DNA of 63,541 nucleotides, filler included, from Reticulomyxa filosa (GCA_000512085.1; 12 parts of 12 records of this genome joined end to end with filler, not necessarily neighbours in it), one strand, 5' to 3'; counted from the first letter of the whole stretch, positions 40,258-53,477 are shown. Made by a program: numbers and translations. Notes: a model not told the origin generated them from the sequence alone.

Positions 40258-41930
40258 TTAACTATCTTCTGCATCAAATAAAGCTGCCTTGTCCAGCTCC
40301 AATATTCCGTGATTCAAATTCACTGGAAAAAATCGCAAGAGTTGATCTGCACCCGAACAAATACAAACAAATAAAATGTGGAGAAAAAAAAAAAAGCAAA
40401 ACGAACAAAAGAAGTCGTAACGCCAAATTAGGATCCCGGCGCTTGCCCCAATGGACCACAGCCACGCTTTCCAACCTAAAGGGACAGTACGAGTAAACTC
40501 GCCGCCAAAGTTGACAATGAGAACTTGCACGACAATAGTGACGACGATCACAGTCACAAAATAGGCGTTTTGAAAAATACCACTGAACACATTCCATTCG
40601 TTTTGGACCTTCCTCGCGTTTATTTCATTGAAGATCTGCAACCATACGAACAAATTGAAAAGCAGCGTCAGCAATTCTTCATTTTGGCCGTCACTATTTG
40701 TGCGATAGTTTCGGTTATCCACAATGTTCCAGTCTTCTGCTTTAAACATTGTGAGCAAGAGAACGCCCAACTGCAAAAAATGTAACCACAACGTATACAA
40801 CATGCAAACACGTATAATTTCCACCGTTGGCAAAGGAACGTTAACAAATTGGATGACAAAAAAAAAAAAAACACGTATACATATATTTAAAAAGGTAAAT
40901 AGTCATTACTTGATAAGCCATATGTCCTAAAATGAACCTCCATAATATTGGTGAAATCAAGAAGGCGTCTCTTGTATAAGGGTTTCGCTTGAGCAATGCT
41001 TTGGTAGGTGGTTCGGTGGCTAAGGCAAGTGCAGCCATGGTGTCCATCATCAAGTCCATCCAAAACAATTGCACAGCAGTTAAAGGATTGGCAAATTTTT
41101 TGAAAAACGCAGCGATCAAAGATAGCATCAAAGCAGCGAAGTTGACAGTGAGTTGGAATTGAATGAATTTGCGAATGTTATCAAAGACAGAGCGCCCCCA
41201 CATCACCATGGTAACAATGCTCGCAAAGTTGTCATCCAAGATCACAATATCCGATACTTTTTTGGCAATGTCTGTGCCTTGAATTCCCATGGCGAGGCCC
41301 ACATCCGCTTTGTGCATGGCTAGCGCATCATTCACACCATCGCCAGTCACCGCGACCACGTCATTGTTTTGAGTTTTGTACCAATTTACCAACATCTCCT
41401 TGTCGCTTGGTTTCGAGCGTGCCAACACACGCAAATGAGGGAGCATTTCCCTCTGTTCCTTGTCCGTCAAGTTTCTCAATTGTTCACCAGTTAGACATAT
41501 ATGATCTTTTTTTTTTTTTTTGATGTAAAACTTAAGTTTTTTTTTTTTTTTTTTTTCATTTTATGTATACGTATACGTATATAACCTTTTCTTGACAGAA
41601 TCCCACACTGTCTGGCAATGTACTTGGCAGTTTCCAAATGATCACCTGTCACCATTCGCACAATAATGCCGGCATTTTGACAAGTTCGAACAGATTCTGC
41701 GACCTCGAGCCTTAGTGGATCTTCGATGGCGCATAAGCAGATCCACGCCATTTGTTGAACCGCGTTCGTCCAAATGGCTTCCTTTACAAACGCTTTCATC
41801 TCAACTTTGGTCATTACTTTGTAAAACATGCCCAAACATCGAAATCCACTTTGTGTCCATTCGCTTAATGTCGCTTCAATCGCTTGTTTCACGTTTTCGT
41901 TCAGCTGTTCTTTGGTGCCATTGGAATGAA
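40258..41930 (-). CDS. P-type IIB (PMCA-like) Ca2+-transporting ATPase, C-terminal half, spliced, possibly degenerating
   Basis: IEDPLR, VRMVTGDH, VVAVTGDGVND, ADVGLAMGIQGT, SDIVILDDNFASIV, WGRSVFDNIRKFIQFQLTVN, MDTMAALALATEPP, QIFNEINARK. Confidence 0.92.
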
Positions 41931-42329
41931 GCTATTATTTANNNNNNNNNNNNNNNNNNNNNNNNNNNNNNNNNNNNNNNNNNNNTTAATTAATTAANNN
42001 NNNNNNNNNNNNNNNNNNNNNNNNNNNNNNNNNNNNNNNNNTTTGCAATATAATGTATTTCATCACCATTAACAACATGAGTAACTAAGCCTTTCAAATT
42101 TTGAAGAAGTTGTTCAACACACTTTCTGAATTTCAATTTGTGATATACAAACACGAAATCCTCATTTGTGTATGTTACAAACAAAACGTTTGATCCAATA
42201 GATTTTACAAATTTGGACTGTATAGTAAACTGATATATAGAGACAACAAAGATAGCAATGAAATTATTTTGTTGTCTTTTGGTGGGGTAATTGGTGGAAG
42301 TAACAGTCATTTGTTATTTATCACTCAAA

Positions 42330-42640
42330 TTAAATGTATTATTATGTTTGATGAATACATTTAATTCATTATCTTGTATAAGTCAGAAATATACAATGAC
42401 AATAAATGAGGAAGTAAAATTATCAAATGTTGTTTTCTTTTAATATAGGATTATCAATTGAATAATGAATATAACAACACTTTTCAATTTAATAAACTAC
42501 TTGTTTGTGATGATATTGCGCAATTCAGTAAATATGAATGTGTGCACATTAATGTTGTTATCTTGTTCTTTGGTAGGTGTAGTAAATCAGTATAAAAGTA
42601 TCAATTCAAGAAAACAAATTGGTTATATTTGAAAGCTCTT
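42330..42640 (+). pseudogene. Kelch-repeat family pseudogene fragment
   Basis: GLSIE..NNTFQFNKLLVCDDIAQFSKYECVHINVVILFFG is homologous to the Kelch ORF at 54610-55113 (ITYNEKDNT..VPVRQSIIEFHDYTYIHLNNYILFFGG). Contains stops and frameshifts. Confidence 0.6.
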
Positions 42641-42849
42641 ATAAATATAGTATAATGAAATAAATTTTAAAGAAGCATAATTAAAATATTGTTAAATATG
42701 GTTTATTCATTATTATGAAATACTAAACAATATTAAAATTACCCGATAAAAGCACATTTTACATTGCAATTAAATCGTCCTCTGCATTTAGACCTACTGA
42801 AAACTTTTTACATTTTTTAAATACACAGAATATAATATTGGAAAATTGG

Positions 42850-43006
42850 GTGGAGAAACTTCCATCAGTTTTTGGCCGAAGGAAAACTTCTCCTTTAATA
42901 AATTGCTTTTTTTTACAAAGACTAAGATTGCATTCGAGGAGGCCAATCCACGGTAACCTTTAGTAAAAGGCGAAAGATTAGTTCGATATGAATTAACCTC
43001 TGCAAT
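42850..43006 (-). ncRNA. U5: U5 spliceosomal snRNA
   Basis: The minus strand reads ..AAUCUUUCGCCUUUUACUAAAGGUUACCGUGG.., with the invariant loop I GCCUUUUAC (42963-42971) and the CCG internal loop. Stems AUUGCA/UGCAAU, GAGGUUAAUUCA/UGGAUUGGCCUC (G-U rich) and UAAUCUUU/AAAGGUUA. A U-rich putative Sm site is followed by a 3' stem-loop GGAGAAGUUUUCC..GGAAGUUUCUCC. Confidence 0.9.
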
Positions 43007-43449
43007 CAAGACTAAAGAGAAACGAATTGGATTATAGAGGGGAAATGTTATTACCTCACATTTTACTGTTACATTCTGTAATACTTGTTCTATGCACTTC
43101 TGACACAATTCTTGCAAAAATAACTCCTTTAAAAATTGAAAGTTGTTTATTCTAATTTAAAAGGTTTTATAATTGTAATTTTGAAGAATATACAATTTAT
43201 TTCAGTCAAAAATTAAAAAACTTTATTGTATGATTTTATTTGATGCTGATTTATCCTCCATATTCTTGTCAAAATTTAACGTATTTGCATGTCAATTACT
43301 TCCGAACTTTTTGAGATAGCTTTGGACTCTTAACAAAGTTCTCGGACTTACGGTCTTGTGTTCCTCAAAACTCAGCTCTTTTTTTACTTTGAAAAAGATC
43401 GATTTTTTTTTACTCGTATTTTTGTGTTCATAATTAAGTATTTCCAAAA

Positions 43450-45744
43450 ATGGAAGAAATTTTGGACATTCAATCAATCGACAGTAACGGCTCTGCAAAC
43501 AAAGAAGCAGAAAAAGAAAAAGAAATAGAAAAAGAAACAGAGAAAGGTTTGGACAGTCCCACTAAACGAAAAAACCGTTCAATTGGAAGATGGTATATTG
43601 GCGAAACCCTTGGCAAGGGTGGCTACTCTTGGTGTGCTTGTTGGAAACGTTTTTTTTCTTTTTATTATTGTTTTTGTGGCATCTCATGGAGACAATGATG
43701 CGTGTTAAACAGGGTAAAAAAGGGATACGACAAGAAAACATCAAAATGTGTGGCATTGAAGTTTATGGCCAAAGCTGATCAGTCTTGGGCCGAAGAACAA
43801 GTTGTGTCATTTTTTATTTTGTGTTTTTTTAACGTACACGCAAACCTTATTTTTTAGGAAAATGGAATAAGTGATATTTAAAAACTCGATAGTACATTGA
43901 AATAAAACTCGCTCCTTTTTTTGAATTGAAATAGACAAAACAAGTAATCACCGAGATTGAATCGTTGAAGCAAATCCGCCACCAAAATGTAATGAAATTG
44001 TACGCATACAATTTGAATGCAAAGTATCCAACGAAAAACAGCGAAAAATTGGATTGCATTTTGCTTGTGTTGGAATTTGCTCCCGGAGGAGAGTTATTTG
44101 ACATATTGTATTATACTTCCGCATTGGAACCAGTAGTGGCACGGACATATTTCAGACAACTTATTGCAGGTTTTTATATAAATTTTTTTTGGCACTTTCC
44201 AAACCGAATACGTACTAGTAGATTTTTTTTAATTTTTTAATAACCCCTTTTTTTTAATGTTTTTGTTTTGAATCAACATAGGGTTGGAAGCGTGTCACAA
44301 GGCGGGTGTCGCTCATCGTGACTTGAAACCTCAAAACTTGTTGTTGGATGCAAAATTCAATTTAAAAGTTAATTCAAGCTAAATTTATTTAAGTGACAAG
44401 TATAGAAATTTCTAAACATATTGGTTTAAAAAAAACTAGATAACTGACTTTGGATTGTCGAAAGTGTTCGAATCAGACGCAGACACGGTAATGAAAACAT
44501 CGTATGTTGGAACAAAAGGTTATCAAGCGCCAGAGTTACTGTTGAATCGTCCTTACGATTTGTTAGCTGATGTTTTTTCTGCTGGTGTGGTATTGTTTAT
44601 CCTGTTAACAGGATGTTAAGTTTGTTTTTATAGATGATGTGTTGTTGTTAATTGTTTGATATTTAAAAAAAAAATTTTGAAACATATTGTTTGTGATTTA
44701 TATTAGATCCCCCATTCGAGCAGGCTCATAAGAGTGATCGATGGTTCCGTCCACTGGCAAAAGGCGACTTCCGCAAATTCTGGGAGTTGCACGCAGGGTG
44801 TCAAATTACTAATGATCAAGATGCAAAAGATTTGTTGCAGCGAATGTTGGCTTACAATCCCAAAAACCGTATCACAATTGCAGACATTAAGCGCCACAAA
44901 TGGTTCAATGGCAAATATTTGGAGTTGAGACTTTTTCTGTATAATATTTGGATGTAACAATGAAAAGGAGGACGTAAAAAACAATGTAATGTGTTTTAAT
45001 TTTCACAGGGGAAAAGACTTAGTAAAAGTATTGCGAAACCGCTATCGTCAAATGGAACAAAAACGAAGAAAAGATACGAAAAAAATGAAAGATATTCAAG
45101 AAAGTATTACGCGTGCAATTGAGGGATTGGATCAATATGAGGCCGAAATGGAATTATATCCATTAGGCGAAGTAGAGGGCGTATGGGACACTCACACTAC
45201 CGCCAAATGGAAGAATGTGTACACAGCGATAAACGCTGTTGTTCACGATGTATCTGGTCACACTATTTTCAATTTCGAGGATAATACAGTTTGTTCACCA
45301 ATTGAATTGGAAGAAAAAAAATGTGTCGTGTATAATAATGATATAAAAGACTTTTTCTGTTGTTACTTGAAAAATTGATTATAGTTATTGTGCTCCGTCA
45401 AATTACAAAATCCTTATTTACATGGAGAGTCGTTGGTGCGATTCCATGTTCAAGTGTTCCGCTCTCGCGAGTTTCAAAATGGTCCAGCACGTGAAGACAC
45501 CGAAAGTGACGAAGAATGGGAGAAGAAGGCAAAAGAAACTATTCATGTAGTGAGATTCCGACGTTTGGAAGGAGACGTTTTGGACTGGAAGAAAATATTG
45601 AGTCAAGTCATCTTTAAGAGATGCTCTACTGTCTTGACGGGATTACCGAAATGGGCCCGTCGTGATTTGAGTAAAGTGAGCACACAGGCTGACGAAGAGG
45701 ACAACTACGACAATGTCCTGGAAAATGAAGGCTTAGAATTTTGA
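43450..45744 (+). CDS. Ser/Thr protein kinase, CAMK group (SNF1/CIPK/Chk1-like), with a C-terminal KA1-like domain. Complete, 7 introns.
   Basis: [46 protein letters not shown] and C-terminal [16 protein letters not shown]. All exons join in frame. Confidence 0.93.
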
Positions 45745-46133
45745 GGCATTCTTAGTTTTTGCCTGTAAATTTTCTTATCGAGTTTTTATTTGTTTATTTT
45801 TTGTTCGTTTTGGCATTTTTTGAAGCTTTTATATTTGTGCACAGCACATTTTTTTATTTCAAGGCTTGTAGGCATTTATTTTCAAAATAATTTTTTGTAG
45901 GCTGAGGTTGGTTTATTTTTTTCTATTATGTCGGGCAGTTGTTTGTTTCTCTTGTTTTGGAAGTTTTACATCGCTTTTCTTGTGTTTTTTAATTTTTGTA
46001 CCATTTTTTTCGTCTGAGAGCAAATATATCCGCAAAAGTTTCTGTTAATCATCAAACCGATAAAATGTAGTCCCCTCTTATATTATTTTTTTGAGGAACG
46101 ATAGGAACTCTCGGTAAAGTATCTCGTATTTCG

Positions 46134-48430
46134 ATGAATAATGAAGATAATAACGAACAAAAAACAAATCCTAATAATAATGACACGGACAAAACTGACC
46201 AAAAGCTAGAGGAAGAAATTCAGCGTGCGAACGAAGAATTTCAAAAGCGAAAACAAAGAGTGAAAACACTTTTGTTTGTGTGCGTTATGGCAGATCTGTT
46301 CCTGGCTGCTCTGTTAGCATTTCCGCCCACTTACAGCAATGACAAAAGCTATTTCTCTTTGGAACAACTATTGAATCGCTTGTGGAAATGGGACACCGAT
46401 ACGTTGGATTGTGCAGTTTCCATTTGGGTGAGGCTAATCTACCTTTATGGCATTACGATGACCGCGATTCAATGGGGACATCCCGATTTCTACGATACGA
46501 CACGAGAGGGTAATTCAAAGCTGCCCACAACTTGGCTGCAATGTCAAGTTAAAGACTTACAAGGTACCTTTTAACGTCAAAAATGGACAAAAAATTAAAA
46601 AAAAGGTTAATTGTTGTTATTGATTGTAAAAATGTAAAAAATTGCAACGACTATATGACCAAAAATTATCATTTAAATTGTTGTCGATAGGTATTTTGTT
46701 GAAAGCCTTCTTTAAAGTATGGAGCATGCTCGCACCAATATCAAGCGAGAACGAAAGAAAAAGTTCACGGCGAGTGGATGGTGAATGGAAGTTGACCGTC
46801 GATGTCGACAAAATCTTTTCCAAAGTTTCGATGTGTGTTTGTAGGAATTTGTGAGAAGTCAAAATCGGGAAGATATGTGCATGCTTACAACGGAATAGTT
46901 TGAAAGATATGACCCACATGACATTGCCGAGTTTTGGCAAAGCACACTGTGGCTGGTAATGTTCCTGTGTATAACACTATTTCAAGCAGGGATCGGATTC
47001 AAGATTGTGTTGTTCCGTATCGATTCGACGTATTTTATGTGTGTATTTACTGCAGCTATTGTTGTATGTCATTTGGAAGTGTATATCTGCAAATTATACA
47101 TTGAAAATGCCACGGAGCCAGAGAACAAATTCGTGGATTCCGATATCCATTCTCATCCGTTATATCTACGCCACGCATCAGGTCATTATTGCGACTTTTG
47201 TTGGGACCCCATTAGCGATCAATGCTATCGTTGTACTAAGTGCGATTTTGATGTTACGTCAATCATAAAATTGTTGTGTCTGTTGATTTGTTTGAGAGAA
47301 AGAGAGAGAGAGAGAGAGAGTTGTCTATGTTGTTGCTTCTCACATACATTCCATTGTTTGCAACAGATTTGTCCAAAGTGCTGGAAAAAAAAGCAAAGCC
47401 CGCATTGCCGCCGAAAATCAATTGCGCAATGACAGCGGACTGTCTTCGAAACAAGATGTCGATGTAACGAACGTGGAATACTTTTGGAGATTGTTCCAAT
47501 TGCACCGACCCTATTTGTGGTCTTTTGTGATTGGGATTACATGTATGCTGCTCAATTCGTTGATGGACCTGTCCATGCCCGCTAACAAGGGCAAGCTGTT
47601 AGACGTGGCGTTGGAACAAGATTGGGTCGCCTTTATATTTAATATCAAAGTGTATATCGTGCTAACAATTCTTCACGGAATCGTAGAAAGCATTCAACAT
47701 CTCATTATGAATCAAATGAAGGAAAAAGTCTTTGTCCATGTGCAGCAGCTGTTGTATCGGTGAGTTTGAAGATGTGCATCTCTGTATATAGATAACATAT
47801 GTCTGTTCAATTTGGTGAGGAGATTAATTGATAGATTTATAAGATATATATATATATACATATATATAAAGAAAGCTTTTTGAATTCATTTGTATTTTCA
47901 TATTTTTTTGTTTGTTTGCTTGCATTTGAATGCGTTATTGGCAGTCGCATAATGGCACAAGATACTGTGTTCTTTGACGGATCGACGGCTGCAAATTTAT
48001 CGGAAAGACTTGAATGGGGCCTTAGAGATATGCTTGCGCCTTTTCAAAATATTCTTAGCTCTCTCATTCGAAGTTCGATTGGCTTGGTCGGAGCAGTGAT
48101 TATTTGTTGGAACTTGTCGTGGCGTCTCACGTTGTTGGCCTTCAGCACCTTGGGTCCGATGACGTACTTGAGCATGTTATTTAGCCGCTTTCACAACTCC
48201 ACGATGCGAGTGGTGTGGAAGCTCAACCACGAGTTATCGCAACTGTCGCGAGAAGGATTTGATAACATTCGAACAGTTCGGTCTTTCAGCAAAGAACCAC
48301 GGATGATCGAGCAATTCGAAGCCATTCGTGGTCAAATCTTTCAAAAACAAATGTCATCGGATGTTGTCAATGCTATCAATCAGACCCTTAACTCGTGGTG
48401 CAATTTGTTTTCTAGTGTTCTCATCACTTT
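46134..48430 (+). CDS. ABC subfamily B half-transporter (TAP/ABCB9/ABCB10-like) with N-terminal TM region and a C1/ZZ-like zinc finger. 3'-truncated before the NBD.
   Basis: ABC membrane-domain motifs IMAQDTVFFD..LSERL, LSWRLTLLAF, EGFDNIRTVRSFSKE. Cys/His motif HSHPL..HYCDFC..YRCTKCDFD|ICPKC. Confidence 0.82.
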
Positions 48431-48440
48431 TGTGGTATTT

Positions 48441-48478
<38 letters not shown>

Positions 48479-48849
48479 NNNNNNNNNNNNNNNNNNNNNN
48501 NNNNNNNNNNNNNNNNNNNNNNTTAATTAATTAANNNNNNNNNNNNNNNNNNNNNNNNNNNNNNNNNNNNNNNNNNNNTACAAGATTAGTAGATATTTTT
48601 TTTAAAAAAATTAGGTTTAAACTTTATTTTTCATGGAGAAAATCGATTCTTTTCATATAGTGCCATTTAGGTATGGCAGTTTTTTTTGCAATATACTGTA
48701 ATAATTTTCTTTTATCTTCGTTAATTTGATTTTTTGATTGAATATCTTTTTTGAATTTTTCAAATTCGATTTTTAAATTATACTAATGTATATAATTTAT
48801 GATTTGTTTGCGGTGAAATTGAAAAATAAATCAATCATACAAGTTGTTA

Positions 48850-49775
48850 TTTTAAGATTAGATTTTCATTATTCACTTTTAAAATTTCTTCATTTTGTTT
48901 TTTTTCATTTAATTTTTTTTCTGATTTCAATAGTTTAAGTTCATCATATACAATTAATTATGTGTTTGTATTTTTAATGCATGCAATATCGCAAATACAA
49001 ATGTATAATTTTTTTTAAAATAGAAAATTCTTAAATTGAGTTTTGTAATTTGTTTGTATTGTTCATCATTGTTGCTTTTTAGTATTTCTTCATATGTACG
49101 TTGACATTGTTTAAGTTGTTGAATTTCTTTGCTTTTTTCGTTATCACCTTCTTTTAGATTTTCAATTTCTGCATTACTTTTCAAGTTCATTTTTCTTAAT
49201 TCTTCCTTTTTTTTTTGTTTTAAAATGTTTCACTTTGTTTATTCATTTATTGCAATTATTAAAAAGAAAACTCAAAAATTGACAAAACTATTTGTAAATT
49301 TTCGGCTTGCAATTGCGATTGTATCTTTGACCAATAAAATAATTTGTCGAATTGAAATCAATCGACATGAATTGTCCAAATGATCTTTCATTTTGCTTAT
49401 TTTTCCTTTGTAATTGCATTTATTTTCGTATATGTTTCCTTCTTTTGATTGGTTCTTTTTCAAATCGTATTGTCGATAACATGTTATCAATAAATTTGAA
49501 ACTTGTTGCTAAAAGATTTATCACAAATCCACAGTCATGTTATTGAATTGGACATTTGCAATTGCTTTGCTTCAAACACTTTTCTCCGACTCAATGCATT
49601 TGTCCTGCATTTTCACGATCATTGTTGCAATTCCATTGAGTTGCTTGCAATTTGTTTGCAAACGCAGCAAATTAAATGTTTAATTTCTGTTGATTGTTAG
49701 TTAACAAAACCCAGTCTTTGTTATAGCAGCCAGAACTGGAAAATCTTTTTCATTTTTCATCTCTTTTCATGTTCA
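48850..49775 (-). pseudogene. RING/TRAF zinc finger-coiled-coil family pseudogene
   Basis: CYNKDWVLL..LICCVCKQIASNSMEL..VGE.C..CPIQ.HDC followed by Lys/Glu/Gln-rich coiled-coil fragments. Multiple stops and frameshifts. Confidence 0.6.
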
Positions 49776-51940
49776 ACACTGACATTATATATCCTTTTCT
49801 TTATTATGACGAAGATTTTTTTTTTCTCCAAAAAAAAGATTTGTTTAAAAAGGGAAAACACGAAACTATATTTTTATAAAGTGGTTAACATTATTGAGCA
49901 GCTTTGTTTATTTATTTTTATTTTTGAAAACAATAAATGAAAATACAGCAAAAATTTAATCAATTGCGTTCTTTTTTTGGAAATACTTTTTGAATAAAAA
50001 CAAAAACAGAATCAAATGTTTGTTTGTACATCACATTTGTTTAACAAATAACAAAATAAATACAAGTGTTCTTTGTAAAGTGATCAGCGTGCAATTCACT
50101 ACGAATTATTTGCATATGCTCGCCGCAATTGTCAAACACATTCAATAATTTTCGGAGATTTCTATAATCCAATTAACGCTGGTTCAAATTGCATTTGTAA
50201 AAAAACTGATCTATCCTTCTTCAACACTTCCCCTGCAAAGCTCCACTTTCCATACTTTATGGAATAGAAAAGTTTGGAACCACTTTACGTCCTTTGCATT
50301 ATCCATTTTGCAAGCTCTTTTGGATCTACCCACGCTCCACCGGTCGAGAATATAACTTGAGACACTTGATTCTATCTACATTTTGCAAGAGGAAAAATAA
50401 TGGATTTTTTTAACGGTTTTGGATTGGAAACTCCCCTTTTGTTTGTAATAAAATTTCAAAGAATAGAATAATGTGTATAATATTTTATTACAAAAATAAA
50501 AGATAACAAAAAAATACACTCACAGATTAATATTACGTTCTAAGAGCTTTAGGCAAAGTACAGCCATTCAAATAAAAAGGCTACCTCAGTTTATGATTTT
50601 TTCATAGGTTATTTAAAAATAAGATAACGAGTTGCTTAGTTTATTTAGAAGTTTAATCAATGAATAATAAATGTTGTAATACACATAAACACAATTCTCT
50701 TTTTTTAGGCTTGCTAGAAGTCAAAGAAAAAAATGATATCACATATAAGTCAGCTTGCTGTAACACTATCATATTTGCTTCTGACGAATAACAGTATTGC
50801 AATCACTTCAGTTACAGTATTTGTGATAACAATGACTTTGGTTTCGAATATATCCACACGATTTAACAATCAATTTGGAAGTGAAATTAAATTTTGTTAT
50901 TGTGTAACTGTCAAATGGAGCTAAATTTTTAATCATTTCACGTTGTTCCATTAGAGTTGGAAAAAATGTTGCCAATGAAATAAGTTTGATGTTAACTTTT
51001 TTTATAAACAACTTCACTACAAAGTATTAAAGCAAATGAATCAACAATTGCATCTAAAAAATTCTTATCAACTTCAATAAAAATATTATAGCTTTGTAAA
51101 TATTGCTGGTGCTACTAACTAATTTTCATTAATATTTCTTAACAAACAAATGACAAAACATTACCAGTTAAATGCATAAAACACGCAAATTAACGCAAAA
51201 TACACACAAAAAAAAAAAAATTGTTGTTACAATCAAGTTCATCAACTTCTCCTATTGCAATGCAAAGTATACTAAAATAAAAACAAGCAAAGATCACAAT
51301 TTATTCATCGCAAAAACATTCTAATTTCAGATTTGGATTCAGGACGTCTTGTTCTATAAGAANNNNNNNNNNNNNNNNNNNNNNNNNNNNNNNNNNNNNN
51401 NNNNNNTTAATTAATTAANNNNNNNNNNNNNNNNNNNNNNNNNNNNNNNNNNNNNNNNNNNNATGTTTGTGTTTTAAGAGCAAACAACAAAGATTTACTA
51501 ACTATTTCTTACATATCTGAAACAGACTGATCTCTAAGATTTTTGGCAAATATTTTTTTGTTCAAAGAGCTTTTTCAAAAATACAATCTATTGAACTATC
51601 GAACAATTAAGCGTCCACACATTCAGAGAATATAGAGATCTCATGTCATTGGATTGCATTTTGTGAATTGGTTCAACATACTCTGTATTGAACACATTTT
51701 TCTTCGTGATCAGCTTATCTTTTAAATGTGTTCATAGACTTAGTTGCTAATTTATCGAACATTTTTACAATATATTCATTTCACATCATTTTTTGTTTTG
51801 ATCGTCATTCACACAAATTCAACAAGTTTTCAAGTGCAGTTATAGCTGGAGTGGTTTCTCGTTTTTCCAATTCGTCTTCAATACCTGCACTTTTATTACC
51901 ACCAGTATTATTATTGTTATTGTTATTATTAGTAGTATTA

Positions 51941-53477
51941 TCACGGACACGTTATTCTTATTGTTAAGTTCTTATCTTCCAAAACGTAGAAATAAGGGGT
52001 CCACATTTCCAAAACAAATTGTTTATAGCAGCTTCGAGTAATTAAGCTATTTTTCCACGACTTGTATGTTTCCGGGTTCAGAGCTTGTTTTTCCCAGTTC
52101 TTGTCCGCATTGCATACAGTACGTAATGGCAATATCTCGATTTGGGCCGTCTTTATGAAGTGTCACGACGTCGGACACTGTGCTCGCGGCAGTGACATTT
52201 ATCGCACTTGCTATCGACGCGACGTTGGCGTTTTTATGTTCAGCGGTGTTGTGATCCTGCGACTGGCAGTCATTGACAAGGATGCTATATTTGAATCCGC
52301 ATCCATTGCACGTATACACGGTGTAATATTCCTCATCTGCTTCGTGTTCGTGTTCGTGTTCGTGTTGTTTCAACAATCGTTTGTGCAAAGGCAGAATACG
52401 TCGTTGGAATATAGCTTTGTGAGAATGTGAATTTTTCTATTTCAAAGATGTGTCACCAACAGAGAAGCATAAAAAAAAAAATAAATAAATTGCCATTTAT
52501 TTATTTTATTTAAACTTGGTAAAAGTTTCCCTTGATGCTTTAGTAAATCCATGATCAGTATGCGCAGATTGATAAAAAGGGACTAGGGATGTCGATGGCG
52601 CAATCTAGACTGCTTATCATACGGACTTGCTGTGACCATGTTTGGGGAAACGACTGTATGCTATATGTGCATTCGATCCCACAAAGAGTGAATGAGCCGA
52701 GTTTTCATTATGGGTGGCAGATTCGTTGGTATACGGTATCTCTTTCATTCAACAGTGGCAGTGTCATCCAAAACATGCTTGGTAAATACGGTATTCAACA
52801 CTTCCATCGCATCTAGATTGCCAAAATTGAGTGAGGCTCAGCTTGTCCGCGTTCTCTTGGTCCGAATGCAAGAATGCCTCGTCCACTAATTCATTTACGA
52901 TTTTGTGCGTTCGCTCTGCCAACCGAAACATCCATTCATGGGATCTAATCATTATGCATGCGTATGTATAATGTATGCGTTGTTGTTTTGATTCTTTTTT
53001 TTTTTTTAAATTTATTTTATTTTTTTTGCAATTAACTTTGCTTCCTCCAATTACCCTGATTGGATCATCACTATAAAATATACCACTAGTTGGTGTCACA
53101 AGCGAAAAGAATACTGCTTGTAATTGCTCTTTTGTTATGTAAGACTGTCCATTTAATGCATACATTTCAAATAACATATCAATTTTTTCTTTCATTGTTC
53201 CTCGATTGTACTATATTCCCGGACATAAAATAAACATGTTCGATATTTTTTTTTTTGTAAAGTACATAATTGCTTTACATTTATTTTTTTGAAAATTTGG
53301 TAAGGTAATGCGTGTTAAAAAAAAAAAAAAAAAACGTTTTATAGTTTTCTTTGTTTTTCTCATTACCCACGCCAGCCCAGTAACAAATTTATCGAAATTG
53401 ATCATGTCGTCTTGCTTTGTGTCAAAAACGTCAAATAATCGCTCTCCCAAGATCACTGGTAAATTAAAAAATTCCAA
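51941..53477 (-). pseudogene. EF-hand (NCS/calcineurin-B-like) domain gene, probably disabled
   Basis: LPVILGERLFDVFDTKQDDMINFDKFVTGLA | RGTMKEKIDMLFEMYALNGQSYITKEQL | SDQENADKLSLTQF. Downstream exons are disrupted by stops and frameshifts. Confidence 0.6.

Noticed and set aside
46890-46905. Apparent in-frame TAG/TGA in the ABC transporter
   Set aside because: Removing one T from GTTT gives an open YNGIVERYDPH frame.
50100-50380. Possible DDE transposase fragment on the minus strand
   Set aside because: The suggestive words lie in different frames. The main frame is an unidentifiable relic with several stops.
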